A stretch of 64,000 bases of DNA from contig NC_092374.1 in NCBI RefSeq assembly GCF_030028105.1, positions 176,910,057 to 176,974,056 of the forward strand, in the 5' to 3' direction. The notes beneath the pieces are model-generated. The model did not search any database, was not told the origin of the DNA, and worked only from the letters and a program-made list of their open reading frames with translations. Shown here in pieces: positions 47,520 through 59,079 of the stretch (its first letter is position 1; each line of letters begins with the position of its first letter). The stretch is from Mobula birostris. Its lineage: Eukaryota. The translations under genes were made by a program, and so were the position numbers.

Positions 47520-50500
47520 ATGGCTAAGGACAAAGTAAAATTCATTTCTTTTAATGTCAATGGGCTGTTGAATCCAGTCAAGCACAGTAAAATTCTATCA
47601 AAAATGAAAAAAGAACAACCCCATGTAGTATATTTACAGGAAATTCACTTAAGTGATAATGAGCATGGAAAATTAAAGAGAGTGGGCTTCACTAATTTGT
47701 TTTTCTCCTCATATAAATCAGGACATAGAAGAAGAGTTGCTATTCTCATCTCAAGTAAGCTAAATTTCGAAGAAGTATTCAAAATGGGAGATAAGGAGGG
47801 CAGATATATTCTGGTAAGGGGAATATAGGTGGAAATCCAGTTACTTTATTGAATATATACACACCCTCAGGAATTGATACTAGTTTCTTCCAGAAAATTA
47901 CTAATATTATGGTAACAGAAACAGAAGATCTCTTGATATGTGGGGGAGACTTAAATTTACAATTACAACCAAAGCTAGACTCTTCCAATAGGAAAACTTA
48001 TGAAACAAAGTCCTTACATAAGAAAGTTAACACTGTTTTTGAGGATGTTGGACTAATTGATATATGGAGGGACCTTTTTGCCGCCAGAAGGGATTACATT
48101 CAATATTCTGCCCCCCCCCCCCAATTCCGTATATACAAGAATATACTATTTCATAACATTTGGAAAAGACAGAGACAAAATAATCACCTGTGGAATTGGG
48201 ACAATAGATGTAAGTGACCATGCACCTATATATTTATCTGTTGATTTTGACCTACAACCAAAGAATACCATTTGGAAACTAAATTCAAGTCTACTCAATG
48301 ATCCCTATTTTAAGGAACAAATTAAAAAAGAAATTGGTCTTTACTTAGAATTCAATGATAATGGAAAGGTTTCACCTCCCATTCTATGGGATACTCTGAA
48401 GGCTGTCTTAAGAGGGAAAATTATAGCGATATCTTCATATAAGAAAAAACAGGAATAGAACATTAGAGGAATTACAAAATAAGCTGAAGGAGCTAGAAAA
48501 AAACACAAATTGAGTTTGGCACAGGATATACTAGAGGCAATTAAGACATTAGGAATGAAATTAATAGTTTGGCTGCACAAGAAATTAGAAAAAAAATCTA
48601 ATGTTTCTGAAACAGAGACACTACGAAAGTGGATCCAGATCTATGAAAATACTGGCGTGGAAACTGAAAAAACAGGGAGCAGAAAATACAATTCATAGAA
48701 GTAGGGAGTCAAGAACAAAAGTGATAAAAAAAAATAAGCTAAGTGAAATTCATGAAGCTTTTGAAATGTTTTACAAAACTCTATATTCCAAAGTTACAGG
48801 GGGAAACTTAACCCAAATTGACACCTTCCTGAATTCTTTAGAGTTATCCACTTTAAGCAAAGAACAAAATAGAAAGATGACTACTGACATAACTGAAGCT
48901 GAACTAAAAACTGCAATTAGTAGGCTTAAATTAAGCAAGGCACTGGGATCAGATGGATATACAGCAGAATGGTATGAAGAGTTTAGAAGTGAGTTAACCC
49001 CTGTTTTACTCCCCACGCTGAACTAGGCCCCAAGAAAAGCACAAATGCCACCCAGCTGGAAGAAGGCGATAAGCTCAACTATACAGAAAGAAGGCAAGGA
49101 TAAAATAGAATGTGGGTCATTTAGACCAATACCTGTTCTTAATGTGGATTATAGAATATTTACCTCCATCACTGCCAAATGATTAGAAGAATTTCTACCC
49201 ACACTGATACAAAATGATCAGACAGGTTTCATACAACAACGCCAAACACAAGACAATATACGAAGGACACTTCACATTATGAATCACGTAAAAAAATGAA
49301 ATTGAAGCAATAGTGATAAGCATGGATGCTGAAAAGGCATTTGATTTGGTTAATTGGAATTTTCTCTATAGAGTTTTACATGGATTTGGTCTACATGACA
49401 CAATTATTAAAACTATACAGGCACTATACAACAATCCTACTGCCAGGATTAAAATCGATGGATATTTATCTAATAGTTTTACCCAGAAAGGGGCACGAGA
49501 CAGGGTTGTGCATAGTCACCGCTACTCTTTGCATTATATCTGGAACCATTAGCTCAATACATCAGACAAAATGAAGATATCAGGGGAATTACTATTAAAG
49601 GGACAGAGCATAAATTGGCCTGTTACATGTGTAGCCCCCCTGACCAACCTCATGTTCGCTTGGTTCGCTGTCGTCTAGGGAAACAGCCCTCTGCCCTGCC
49701 AATCTGGGTAATTAGTTTGTGTGGATGTTGTGTGATGTACCCAACCCCGCCCAAATAACAGACAAATATACCAGATACGATTAAATGATTTACAGTTTAT
49801 AGATATTACTGGAACTATATAATTAATAGAGAATAAAATACAAAAGGAAAATAAAAGGCGCCACACTTATCAATGTTCAATCTCTTTGTGCACAAACAGT
49901 TGGAGCTCAGGACCCTTCTTCTTTACCCTGAAACCCCTCGGACCACCTCGACCGGCCGCCTGGGACCAACAATGGTGGTCAACCAAATGCTCCTCCACGA
50001 GTCCGTCTGGGTCTCCTCTCCTCTCCAAATGCCCCGCTCGGGGTCCGACCCCGTTAGCGGACATCACAGCACCTGGTCCATCCTCTGTCTCCCGCCTTCT
50101 CCTTCCAAAACCCCGCGCATACAAATCTTACAGATACCAAAAGCCTAACAACTATCCCAATTGTTTCGTAGCATCTTCTTATCACAATCTAACCCAAAAC
50201 AAGCTGCTAGCGCAACAACTTGCTCAGTCTTTAACATAACAAAGAAGCATTCCCAAGTATAACATAACAAAGAAGCCATTTTAATTAGCCTACACAGTAA
50301 CATAAAAGACGAAACCCCCATACACGTGGATGACATTTTGATCTATCTTGGGCAACCAACAGACTCTTTACCTAAATTGATGCAATCCTTTGAACAATAT
50401 GGCCAATTATCAGGATACAAGATCAATATAGATAAAACCGAACTACTTTCATATAACTATAGTCCACCAAGGGAAATTGAAAGTAGATATACTTGGGCAT

Positions 50501-52029
50501 GGCAAACAGAGTCCATCAAATATTTGGGCATCATTATGCCAAAAGGTTTGGCAAAAGTATCAGAATGCAATTATCAGCCAATATATAAAAAATTAAGGAA
50601 GATATAACAAGGTTGAACCTAATCCCTTTTCTTGGTCTCAGTTCAAGGATTGAATCTATTAAAATGAATATACTGCCCAGACTACTATATCTCTTTCAGA
50701 CCCTACCAATAGAGATTAACCAAAATCAATTCAATGAGTGGAACAAGATGCTATTAAGATATATATGGCAAGGTAAAAGGCCTAGGGTTTGTCTCAAAAC
50801 TTCGTAATTAGCCAAGGAAAAGGGGGACTGTGGCCTGCCTCTCATAGAGATTATTATTTTGCAGCACATTTGAGAGCTGCGATATGCTGGTGCAACCCAT
50901 CATATGACACTCAAAGGAAAAACATTGAGGAGAGTATTCTTTCCATCTCCATACAGGCAATTTTGACTGACAACAACCTACAGTTACATAAATAATATTG
51001 ACAACCCGTGGGTGAAATTGACTCTTAAAATATGGAAAACTATTATAAAAGAATGTAAACCGGATAGAGACATTGCAATCCTTAAATGGTGTGCATATGA
51101 TTCGGATTTTACACCGAATAAACTGGATGCTAGATTTAAGGACTGGACAGCTAAAGGAATAACAGCTATTTGCAATATAATGAAAGAAGGAACACTGTTC
51201 AGTTTTGAAATGCTCAAAGAGAAACACGCGTTAGAAAAACAAGACTTTTACAGATGTGACAGCATGTTAATATGTTAATAAGATGGTTAAAAATGTAACC
51301 AAGGCAGGTGCATGTCTGATAGAGCTGTTTAGAAAAGCATATAATTCAGACAATGGTAGTATGATCATTTCAACCATGTATAAGGATTTGTCAAATCTTA
51401 AAACGCATTCAACTTCATACATTAAAACAAAATGGGAGAAGGAAGGAGGAATGATAGTATCTGAGGAAGACTGGACAATAATATGGAGGTATCAATGGAA
51501 GTGTACCAGTTCACAGAAATGGAGGGAGTCCGGGTGGAAAAACTTGATAAGATATTTTATTACACCCTCACAGAAACCCCATTATGATAACAACCTCCCT
51601 GTTTGCTGCAGAAATTGTGGAAATTAAAATGCAAGCCATTATCATATTTTCTGGGAATGCCCCGTTATCAAAGACTACTAGATTGGGATACATAATGCCC
51701 TGCAGGACATCTTTAAATGTGAAATACCCTTAGAGAGTAAGACCATATACTTTGGGTATATACCTCAAGAATGTTTGAAAAGAGATAAATATTTAATGAA
51801 TGTACTGCTGGTAGCTGGTAAAAAGACTCTTACCAGGAAATGATTATCACAGGACAGCCCAACTCTAAATGTATGGATGGAAATTACAATGGACATTTAC
51901 AAAATGGAGAAGATAACAGCATCTGTTAATCATAAGTTGGAACAATTTTATTCATGCTGGAAAAATTGGTTTAACTACATAACACATCATAAGCCTGGTA
52001 TTATTCTCACGTTAATGAATATGTTGTAA
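47520..52029 (+). pseudogene. L1 ORF2 (APE, RT, CCHC), many stops and frameshifts, interrupted by a solo LTR
   Basis: ISFNVNGL..YLQEIH; SDHAP; WKLNSSLL; GSDGYTAEWY; DQTGF; DAEKAFD; CY/VDDILIYL; CCRNCG. Confidence 0.93.
49630..50324 (-). mobile_element. Solo LTR (695 bp) related to the Gypsy LTRs, inserted in the L1 YADD codons
   Basis: TGTATGGGG...GGGGCTACA termini on minus; shares gagctccaac...gtgcacaa...tgtggcgccttt with the 35451 LTR; flanks CATG / CGTG. Confidence 0.9.
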
Positions 52030-52435
52030 AAAAAAAGATCACTCCCTACTATGTACATAGTTTTCTTCTTTCGATTATTCTTTCTTTCCTCTCTTTTCTG
52101 TAAGTGTATACCTCAGATAATTACTATGCGGAGATTTGTGACAAATATGATTATATGATATATATGTACAGTATCTGAAATACATCTTATAGAAATATTT
52201 GATGATGAAATTCAATAAAAAATAAATTACAAAAAAAAGGAGTAGAATGAGGAGGCAGGTAAAGATGTGGCTGAAGAATTGGAGCAGGGGAGAGGGATTC
52301 AGATTTCTGGATAATTGGGCCCTCTTCTGGGGCAGGTGAGACCTGTACAAAAAGGCCATGTTGCACTTGAATCCAAGGGGGACCAATATTCTTGCGGGCA
52401 AATTTACTGGATCTGTTGGGAGTGGTTTAAACGAA

Positions 52436-53698
52436 TACTTTATACTTTTTGCTTTATTGTCGCCTAACAATTGGTACTAGAACATACAATCATCACAGCA
52501 ATATTTGATTCTGCGCTTCATGCTCCCTAGATTACAAATATTAAATATTATAAATATTAAGATTTAAATTATAAATCATAAATAGAAAAATGGGAAGTAA
52601 TGTAGTGCAAAAATACCGAGAGGCAGGTCCGGATATTTGGAGGGTACGGCCCAGATCCAGTCAGGATCCGTTCAGCAGTCTTATCACAGTTAGAAAGAAG
52701 CTGTTCCCAAATCTGGCCGTACGAGTCTTCAAGCTCCCGAACCTTCTCCCGGAGGGAAGAGGGACAAAAAGTGTGTTGGCTGGGTGGGTCGTGTCCTTGA
52801 TTATCCTGGTAGCACTGCTCTGATGGCGTGCGGTACAAATTGAGTCCACAGACGGAAGATTGGTCTGTGTGATGTGCTGCGCTGTGTTCACAATCTTCTG
52901 CAGCTTCTTTCGGTCTTGCACAGGACAACTTCCATACCAGGTTGTGATGCACCTTGCTTTCTAAGGTGCATCTATAAAAATTAGTGAGGGTTTTAGGGGA
53001 CAGGCCAAATTTCTTTAGTTTTCTCAGGAGGTAAAGGCACTGGTGGGCCTTCTTGGCAGTGAACTCTGCTTGGTTGGACCAAGTCAGGTCATTTGTGATA
53101 TTGACCCCAAGGAACTTAAAGCTTTTGACCTGTTCCACTTGCGCACCACCGATGTAAATTGGGTCGTGCGGTCCGCTACTCCTTCTGAAGTCAACAACCA
53201 ATTCCTTCGTCTTGCTGACGTTGAGGGATAGGTTATTGTCTTCGCACCATGCCACCAGGTTCTTAATTTCCTCTCAGTACTCAAACTCATCATTACCCGA
53301 GATATGGCCTACAATTGTTGTGTCATCAGCAAACTTATATATTGTGTTTGATGGAAACTTGGCTACACAATCATGGGTGTACAGTGAGTACAGCAGGGGG
53401 CTGAGTACACAGCCTTGTGGGGCACCGGTGCTCAGAGTGATTGTAGAGGAGAGCTTGTCCCCTATTTTTACAGCCTGGGTCCTGTGTGTGAGGAAGTTGA
53501 AGATCCAGCTGCAGATCTGAGTGCTAAAGCCCAGGTTCCGGAGCTTAGGAATCAGTTTATTTGGAATGATGGTATTAGAGGCAGAGCTGTAGTCAATGAA
53601 AATGAGCCTTACGTATGCGTCTTTATTCTCCAGGTGTTCTAAGGAGGAATGTAGGGCCAGAGAGATGACATCTGCCGTTGACCTGTTGCTCCGGTAGC
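52436..53698 (-). mobile_element. 5'-truncated Rex1/Babar LINE
   Basis: ORF 52569-53255 WCEDNNLSLNVSKTKELVVDFRR...FKFLGVNI...RFGNSFFLTVIRLLN; [14 protein letters not shown]-like upstream. Confidence 0.9.
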
Positions 53699-53789
53699 TG
53701 GGATTATCCAGTATGGTCAGAGTGGAGCAACAAACATCAAATTTGCTGGTGAACGCAGCAGGCCAGGCAGCATCTCTAAGAAGAGGTAT

Positions 53790-53824
53790 AGTCGATGTTT
53801 CAGGCGAGACCCTTCATCAGCAAC
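53790..53824 (-). ncRNA. Hammerhead motif in isolated PLE tail (about 53725-53875)
   Basis: CTGATGA-agggtctcgcct-GAAAC-ATC-gact; both core boxes intact, helix I 5' arm missing. Confidence 0.6.
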
Positions 53825-54063
53825 TTTGATGTGCGTTGCTTGAATTTCCAGCATCTGCAGAATTCCTCTTGTTTGCATGGTTAGAGTGGAATTTGTTTAG
53901 ATGTCACTGTTAGTAGGGGAAGTGCCCCTCATCTGGAGAGGGAAGCACTTCACGTCCTACCATTTGCTGTCTGGCAAATATGGTGGGTTCTGGTTAATTA
54001 GGGAGGGAGGGAGGGATCTGCACCTTGTAAGGCATGAAAATGCCCGATGCAGGCCTCAAGGTG

Positions 54064-54727
54064 TGAGTCAACGTTCACTCCCTGGTTAATTAGACCACCG
54101 GTTAATTGGGGCAGCCACGTACATGGGATAACTCTTAAAAGACAAAAATGCGTTGAGAAAATAGCTGGGATTCCCTTCATTTATTTGTGATATATCAGAG
54201 GGGAAGAGAACCGAGTAAAAATTTTGAATCACAAACCCTTCTTTCGGAACAGCCTCTCCACTTTATTAGTGGTGCAGCTAATTAATTCAGTACAGAACAT
54301 AGAGGAAATTTGTATCTTATTGCTCATTAAGACTCATTATAACCCTGGGCTGTTATACCTTAATCCTGAACTATCTTCCAAGCCTTGTCAGCAGGTTACT
54401 GAACGTTAATAAAGTTCAAAAACAATCATAGGTCTTGGCAAAAGGTCTACAGTATATCTATTGTATCTCTGCCTTGCATAATTTCATACACCTCTGTCAG
54501 GCCGCCCCTCAACATCCGAGGCTCCAGAACAAAAAAAAAACTGGACTCTAACTTCTGTTTATAACCAGCAATTGCCGCGCCGCTCTGTTAGTTTCTATTT
54601 CTCAAACAGCAGGCGTCAAGACTGCCTGGTAACTGGTGATCAGACTTCCTTAAGCTTCTAATTGACTGCCTGTATAGGAAAAGCTTTTTTTTTTTTTTAA
54701 CAGGCTTAGCACCGAGTACCCGGAAAT
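54064..54727 (+). promoter_or_regulatory. Immune-type promoter/enhancer upstream of leader 1b
   Basis: AP-1 TGAGTCA 54064; kB-like TGGGATTCCC 54166-54175; ISRE AGTTTCTATTTCTC 54590-54603; X1/X2-like CCTGGTAACTGGTGATCA 54625-54642; Y-like CTAATTGA 54658-54665; Ets CCGGAAAT 54720. Confidence 0.55.
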
Positions 54728-54821
54728 GAAGCCGTAGAGTTGTGTGGATAAATTTGTTGGTTTTCATTTTATTTTTTATATAATTTTATTCTGTGTCCCG
54801 GCCGAGCATTAAGTTTGGGGA

Positions 54822-54873
54822 ATGTTGCTGATACTCTGTGCCTTGTGTCTTTCCATTCGTCCGGTTTGCCCAG
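54822..54873 (+). CDS. Second signal-peptide exon (leader 1b), phase-1 donor
   Basis: ggaATG; MLLILCALCLSIRPVCP plus 1 nt; donor CAG|GTAACT; lies in unique, CpG-retaining sequence. Confidence 0.6.
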
Positions 54874-55255
54874 GTAACTGGTGATTTCATCAACCCAGCC
54901 TCCACTGTCGTCCCGGGAGACACACTTCGTTGATAATTTTAGACTATGATTAGGGTTTGAAAGGGGTGATATTTAATCCTTGCCCGATAAAGGACTCCAG
55001 TGAAGGATTCCTGTGTAACTTCCCTGACTAACAATAGGGCGTATGATTACAGAACCGGGGAGGTCATAAACGGGGAACAGACAACATTAAAATGATCCGT
55101 TTTAAATTGATTTCGGAACTACAGGAATAGGGGTGATCTGCACTCCTCCAGTATGGCTGAGCTCTACTGTTGTTGAGCCATGGCCCATCAGACATGCAGC
55201 GCACAGTGTGCTCTATGTGCCCCCTATTGCGGAGGATTGTCCCTCTCTATACTCT

Positions 55256-55284
55256 TTCCCGGAAGGGTGGAATCCCCCCGCCCC
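55256..55284. promoter_or_regulatory. GAS, kB and GC-box cluster
   Basis: TTCCCGGAA 55256-55264; TGGAATCCCC 55268-55277; CCCCGCCCC immediately after. Confidence 0.55.
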
Positions 55285-55574
55285 TCTAACTCCACAACTT
55301 TATAGAACTCCGTGTTTGGATCACTCCAGTCGATTTGCCTCAGGGCAAAATCATTAAAAAAAACTGTGGCTTGAAGGACTTAGAGGTGGTGCATCTGGTG
55401 GCATTGCTGTTTCCCTGCGCCGTCGGTCCAGTGATTGTACAGTTTTTATTTTATCAGCCTAATCCACCCAAGTTGTTGATTCTGTCCCAGATCTAATGTC
55501 TCAGCCCCCTGATATTTTTTCTGCTTCCTTTTAAGTTCTTCTCATCTGTAGACCTCCAAAAATGATTGTCAGAT

Positions 55575-58500
55575 GTTCAAAGTTCAAAGTAAAATTTATT
55601 ACTGTATCAGAGTACGTACATGGCACCACATACAACCCGGAGATTCTTTTTCTACGGGCATACAGAGCAAATCTATAAAACTGTAACTGTAAACGGGATC
55701 AATGAACAACAAACTCTGCAAATACAAACATAAATAGATAGCAGTAAATAACAAGCATGAAATAACAAGTTTAAGAATCCTTAAAGTGAGATCATCTGTT
55801 GTGGGAACAGCAGAGATAGAATGAGTGTAGTTATCCCCTTTTGTTCAAGAGTCTGATGATTGAGGGGTAATAATGGTAGTAACTGTTCTTGAACAGGGTG
55901 GTGTGAGTCCTGAGGCACTTATACCTTCTACCTGATGGCAGCAGCTAGAAAAGAGCACGGCCTGGGTGGTGAGGATGATGTTGATAGACGCAGCTTTTGT
56001 ATGGCAATGTTTCATGATTTAGTGTGTTTTACTTGCAATGTAAAGGACCAAATCCACCTTTTGTAGATTTTCTGCTGAAAGGCATTGGTGTTCTCACACC
56101 AGGCCATAATGCCGCCAGTCAGCACAATTTCCACCACACATCTATAGAAGTTTGCCAAGGTTTTTGATGACATGCTGAATCTTCGCAGACTCCTGAGGAA
56201 GTGCTTTCTTCACAATAATACTTATATGATGGTTCCAGGACAGGTCCCCTGATATAGTGATTCACAGGAATTTAAAGTTACTGACCATCTTCACCTCTGG
56301 TCCTCCATGATTGCTGGCTCGTGGAGCTCTGGTTTCCCTCTCCTGACGTCCACGATCAGTGCCTCAGTACTGTTGACATTGAGTGAAAGGTTGTTGTTAT
56401 TACACCACTCAGCCAAATTTTCAATCTCCCTCCTGTATGCAGATTCATCACCAGCTTTGATACAGCCCACAATAGTGGTATGATCAGCAAACTTGTATGT
56501 GGTATTGGAACTATACCAAGATACAGTGGGAAACTTTGTTTTGTATGTTATTATTTTAGATAATTTCAAAACATAAGTACATCAAAGTAGAACAAAGAGA
56601 AGAGGAATAAAATAATGCAGATTATAGTATTACGTTTTCAGAGAATAAGGTGCAAGTGCCATAACAAGGTAGGCTGTAAGGTTGATGGTTCAAATTTATT
56701 TTACTGCAGGTCTATTCAAGAGCTTTATGACAGCTGGACCAAAGCAGTCCTTAAAGCAGCTGGTTCCTGTTTTCAAGTTTTGAATCCTCTCCCAGTAGGA
56801 GTGGGGCGAACCAAAAATGATTTCGGTGCAAAGAGTTTGTTGTCTTCTTTCCTGAGGTAGGGGGAAATGTAGACAGAGTGATGGACTGTGCTGTGTACTC
56901 AGCTCCCTGCAATTTAGAACATAGAACATTCCTGGAGTAGATCCTTCGGCCTACAATGTTGTGTAAAATAATTAAATTGGCAATTAAATGCCTTACTAAA
57001 TTCATCCCTACTGTGTAAATAAATTTGCCTTACACATCTCTTTTGAATTTACCCTCACTCCCATCTTAAATGTATGCCCTCTAGTATTAGACGTTTTAAC
57101 AATGAAGATACTGGGTGCTTTCTGTATCTATGCCCCTGATAATTTTATCAGAATCAGGTTTAATATCATGGGCATATGTCATGAAATTTGTTATTTTGCA
57201 GCAGCAATACATTGCAATACATAATAAAAGAACTAAAAATTACAATAGTAAGTGTATAAGTATAAAATAAGTCATGGAAGAAGTTAGGGAAGAATGACTG
57301 TGGTAGTGTTTGTGGGCTGAGTGTCCATTCAGAAATCTGATGGCAGAGGAGAAGAAGCTGATCTGGAAACATTGGGTGTGTGCCTTCAGGCTGCTGTACC
57401 TCATCCTTGATGGTAGCCATGAGAAGAGGGCATGTGATGGCATAACGATGGATGCCACCTCCTTGAGTCATCTCTCTTTGAAGGTATTCTGGATACAGGG
57501 GAGGCTGGTGACCACAGTGGAGCTGGCTGAGTTGACAACTTCCTGCAGCTTTTATCGATCCTGCGCAGTGGAGCCGCCGTACCAGATGATGAGGCAACAG
57601 GTTAGAATGCTCTCCACGGTACATCTGTAGAAATTTGTGAGTGTCTTTGGTGACATACCAATGCCATCATTAAGCACGCCCACCAGCCATCACATGTCCT
57701 CTTCTCATTGTACAGAAGCCTGAAGGCACACACTCAATGATTGAGGAACAGCTTCTTCCCCTCTGTCATCCAATTTCTGAATGGATATTGAACCCATGAA
57801 CACTATCTCACCACTTTTTTGTTTCTATTTCTGCACTATTTATTTAATATAACTATATATATATATATATATAAATTTGTATTGTAGTCTGCAGCAAAGT
57901 TAACAATTTCATGACACATGCCAGAAGTGTTAAACCTGATTTTGATTCTGATTCTCCTCAATCTCCTAATGAAATATAACCACTGCTGTGCCTTTGTAAT
58001 TACATCAATATTTTAGGCCTAGGATAGATCCTCAAAGATGTTAACACTCAGGAACTTGAAACTGTTCGTCCCTTCCACTTCTAATCCCTCACAGAGAAAT
58101 GGTGTTTGTTCCCTCAATTTCCCCTCCGGAAGTTCACAGTTAGTTCCTTGGTCTTATTAGCTTCGAGTGCAAGTTTGTTGCCATGACACCACTCAATCGG
58201 CTGATCTGTCTCACCCCTATACACCTTCTCGTCACCAGCTGAAATTCTTCCAACAATATTTGTATTGTCAGCATATTTATAGATGGGTTTGAGCTGTGCC
58301 TCAGCACACAATCATGGGTGAGAAGATGTTACTTCTGATCCTCACAGGAACTCAAGGATACAGATGCAGAAGGAGGTACAGAGGCCCAGGTTTTGTAACT
58401 TGTTGGTTAGAACTGATTGTGTTGAACGCTGAGCTGTAGTCAAGTCCAAGCAGAGAGCCGGTGAGATTGCACCACTGTGGACATATTGCAGCAGGTCCAG

Positions 58501-59050
58501 GTCCTTGCAAAGGCAGGAGTTGATTTTAGCCATGACCAATCTCAAAAAGCACTTTATCACAGTAGATGTGAGTGCCAGTGGCTGATAGCTTTTGGGGCAG
58601 CTCACCCTGCTGTTCTTGAGCACTGGTATGATTGTCACCCTTTTGAAACTGGTGTGAACCTCTGACTGCAGTAATGAGAGATTGAAAATGTCTTTGAATA
58701 CTCCCACCAATTGGTTGGCACAAGTTTTCAGAACTCTACCAGGTACACCACCAGGTCCTTGTGAGAGTTCACCCTCTTGAAAGATGTTCTAACACCGATC
58801 TCCAAGACAGGGATCACAGGGTCATCAGATGCTGCAGGGATCCACACAGGTGTAGTTTTATTCTTCCATTCAAAGCATGAATAAAAGCATTGATCTCATC
58901 TGGGAGTGAAATTCACAGCCATACATGATATTAGGTTTCGCTTTTTAGGAAGTAATGGTCTGCAAGCCCTACCAGATTCCATCTCCAACTCCATCTCTAA
59001 CCACAATGGAAATTGGGGTTTTTTTTGCCCTTAAAATATTCTTCCATAAG
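55575..59050 (-). mobile_element. Cluster of fragmented Rex1/Babar LINEs (mostly minus) with a short CR1 tail at about 56910-57130
   Basis: YKFADHTTIVGCI..DESAYRREIE; YADNTNIVGRIS; DIFNLSLLQSEV...IIPVLK...PLALTS; ttcaaagttcaaagt and atcagaatcagg tails. Confidence 0.8.
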
Positions 59051-59079
59051 TCATACCTGGACATTTTTTTATAGTTATG

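Larger units (their letters stand above)
45961..52238 (+). mobile_element. Full-length L1 with 17-18 bp TSD
   Basis: TSD ggaatagaatgaggagg (45944-45960) / ggagtagaatgaggagg (52239-52255); ORF1, ORF2, AATAAA at 52214 and an A tail. Confidence 0.95.
35300..52435 (+). mobile_element. CR1 ORF1 (SGNH esterase) fragment split into three pieces (35300-35450, 45708-45960, 52239-52435)
   Basis: Joined pieces read colinearly: AVIGDS... / PGARV...VVVHIGVNDLGRKRDEVL...ISGLLPVPRGSEDRNRMR / WLKNWSRGEGFRFLDNW...LHLNPRGTNILAG. Confidence 0.85.

Noticed and set aside
54704-54873. Exon 54704-54873 as in-frame exon 2 for leader 1a
   Set aside because: Phase-1 joining gives GLAPSTRK* and stops after 8 codons.
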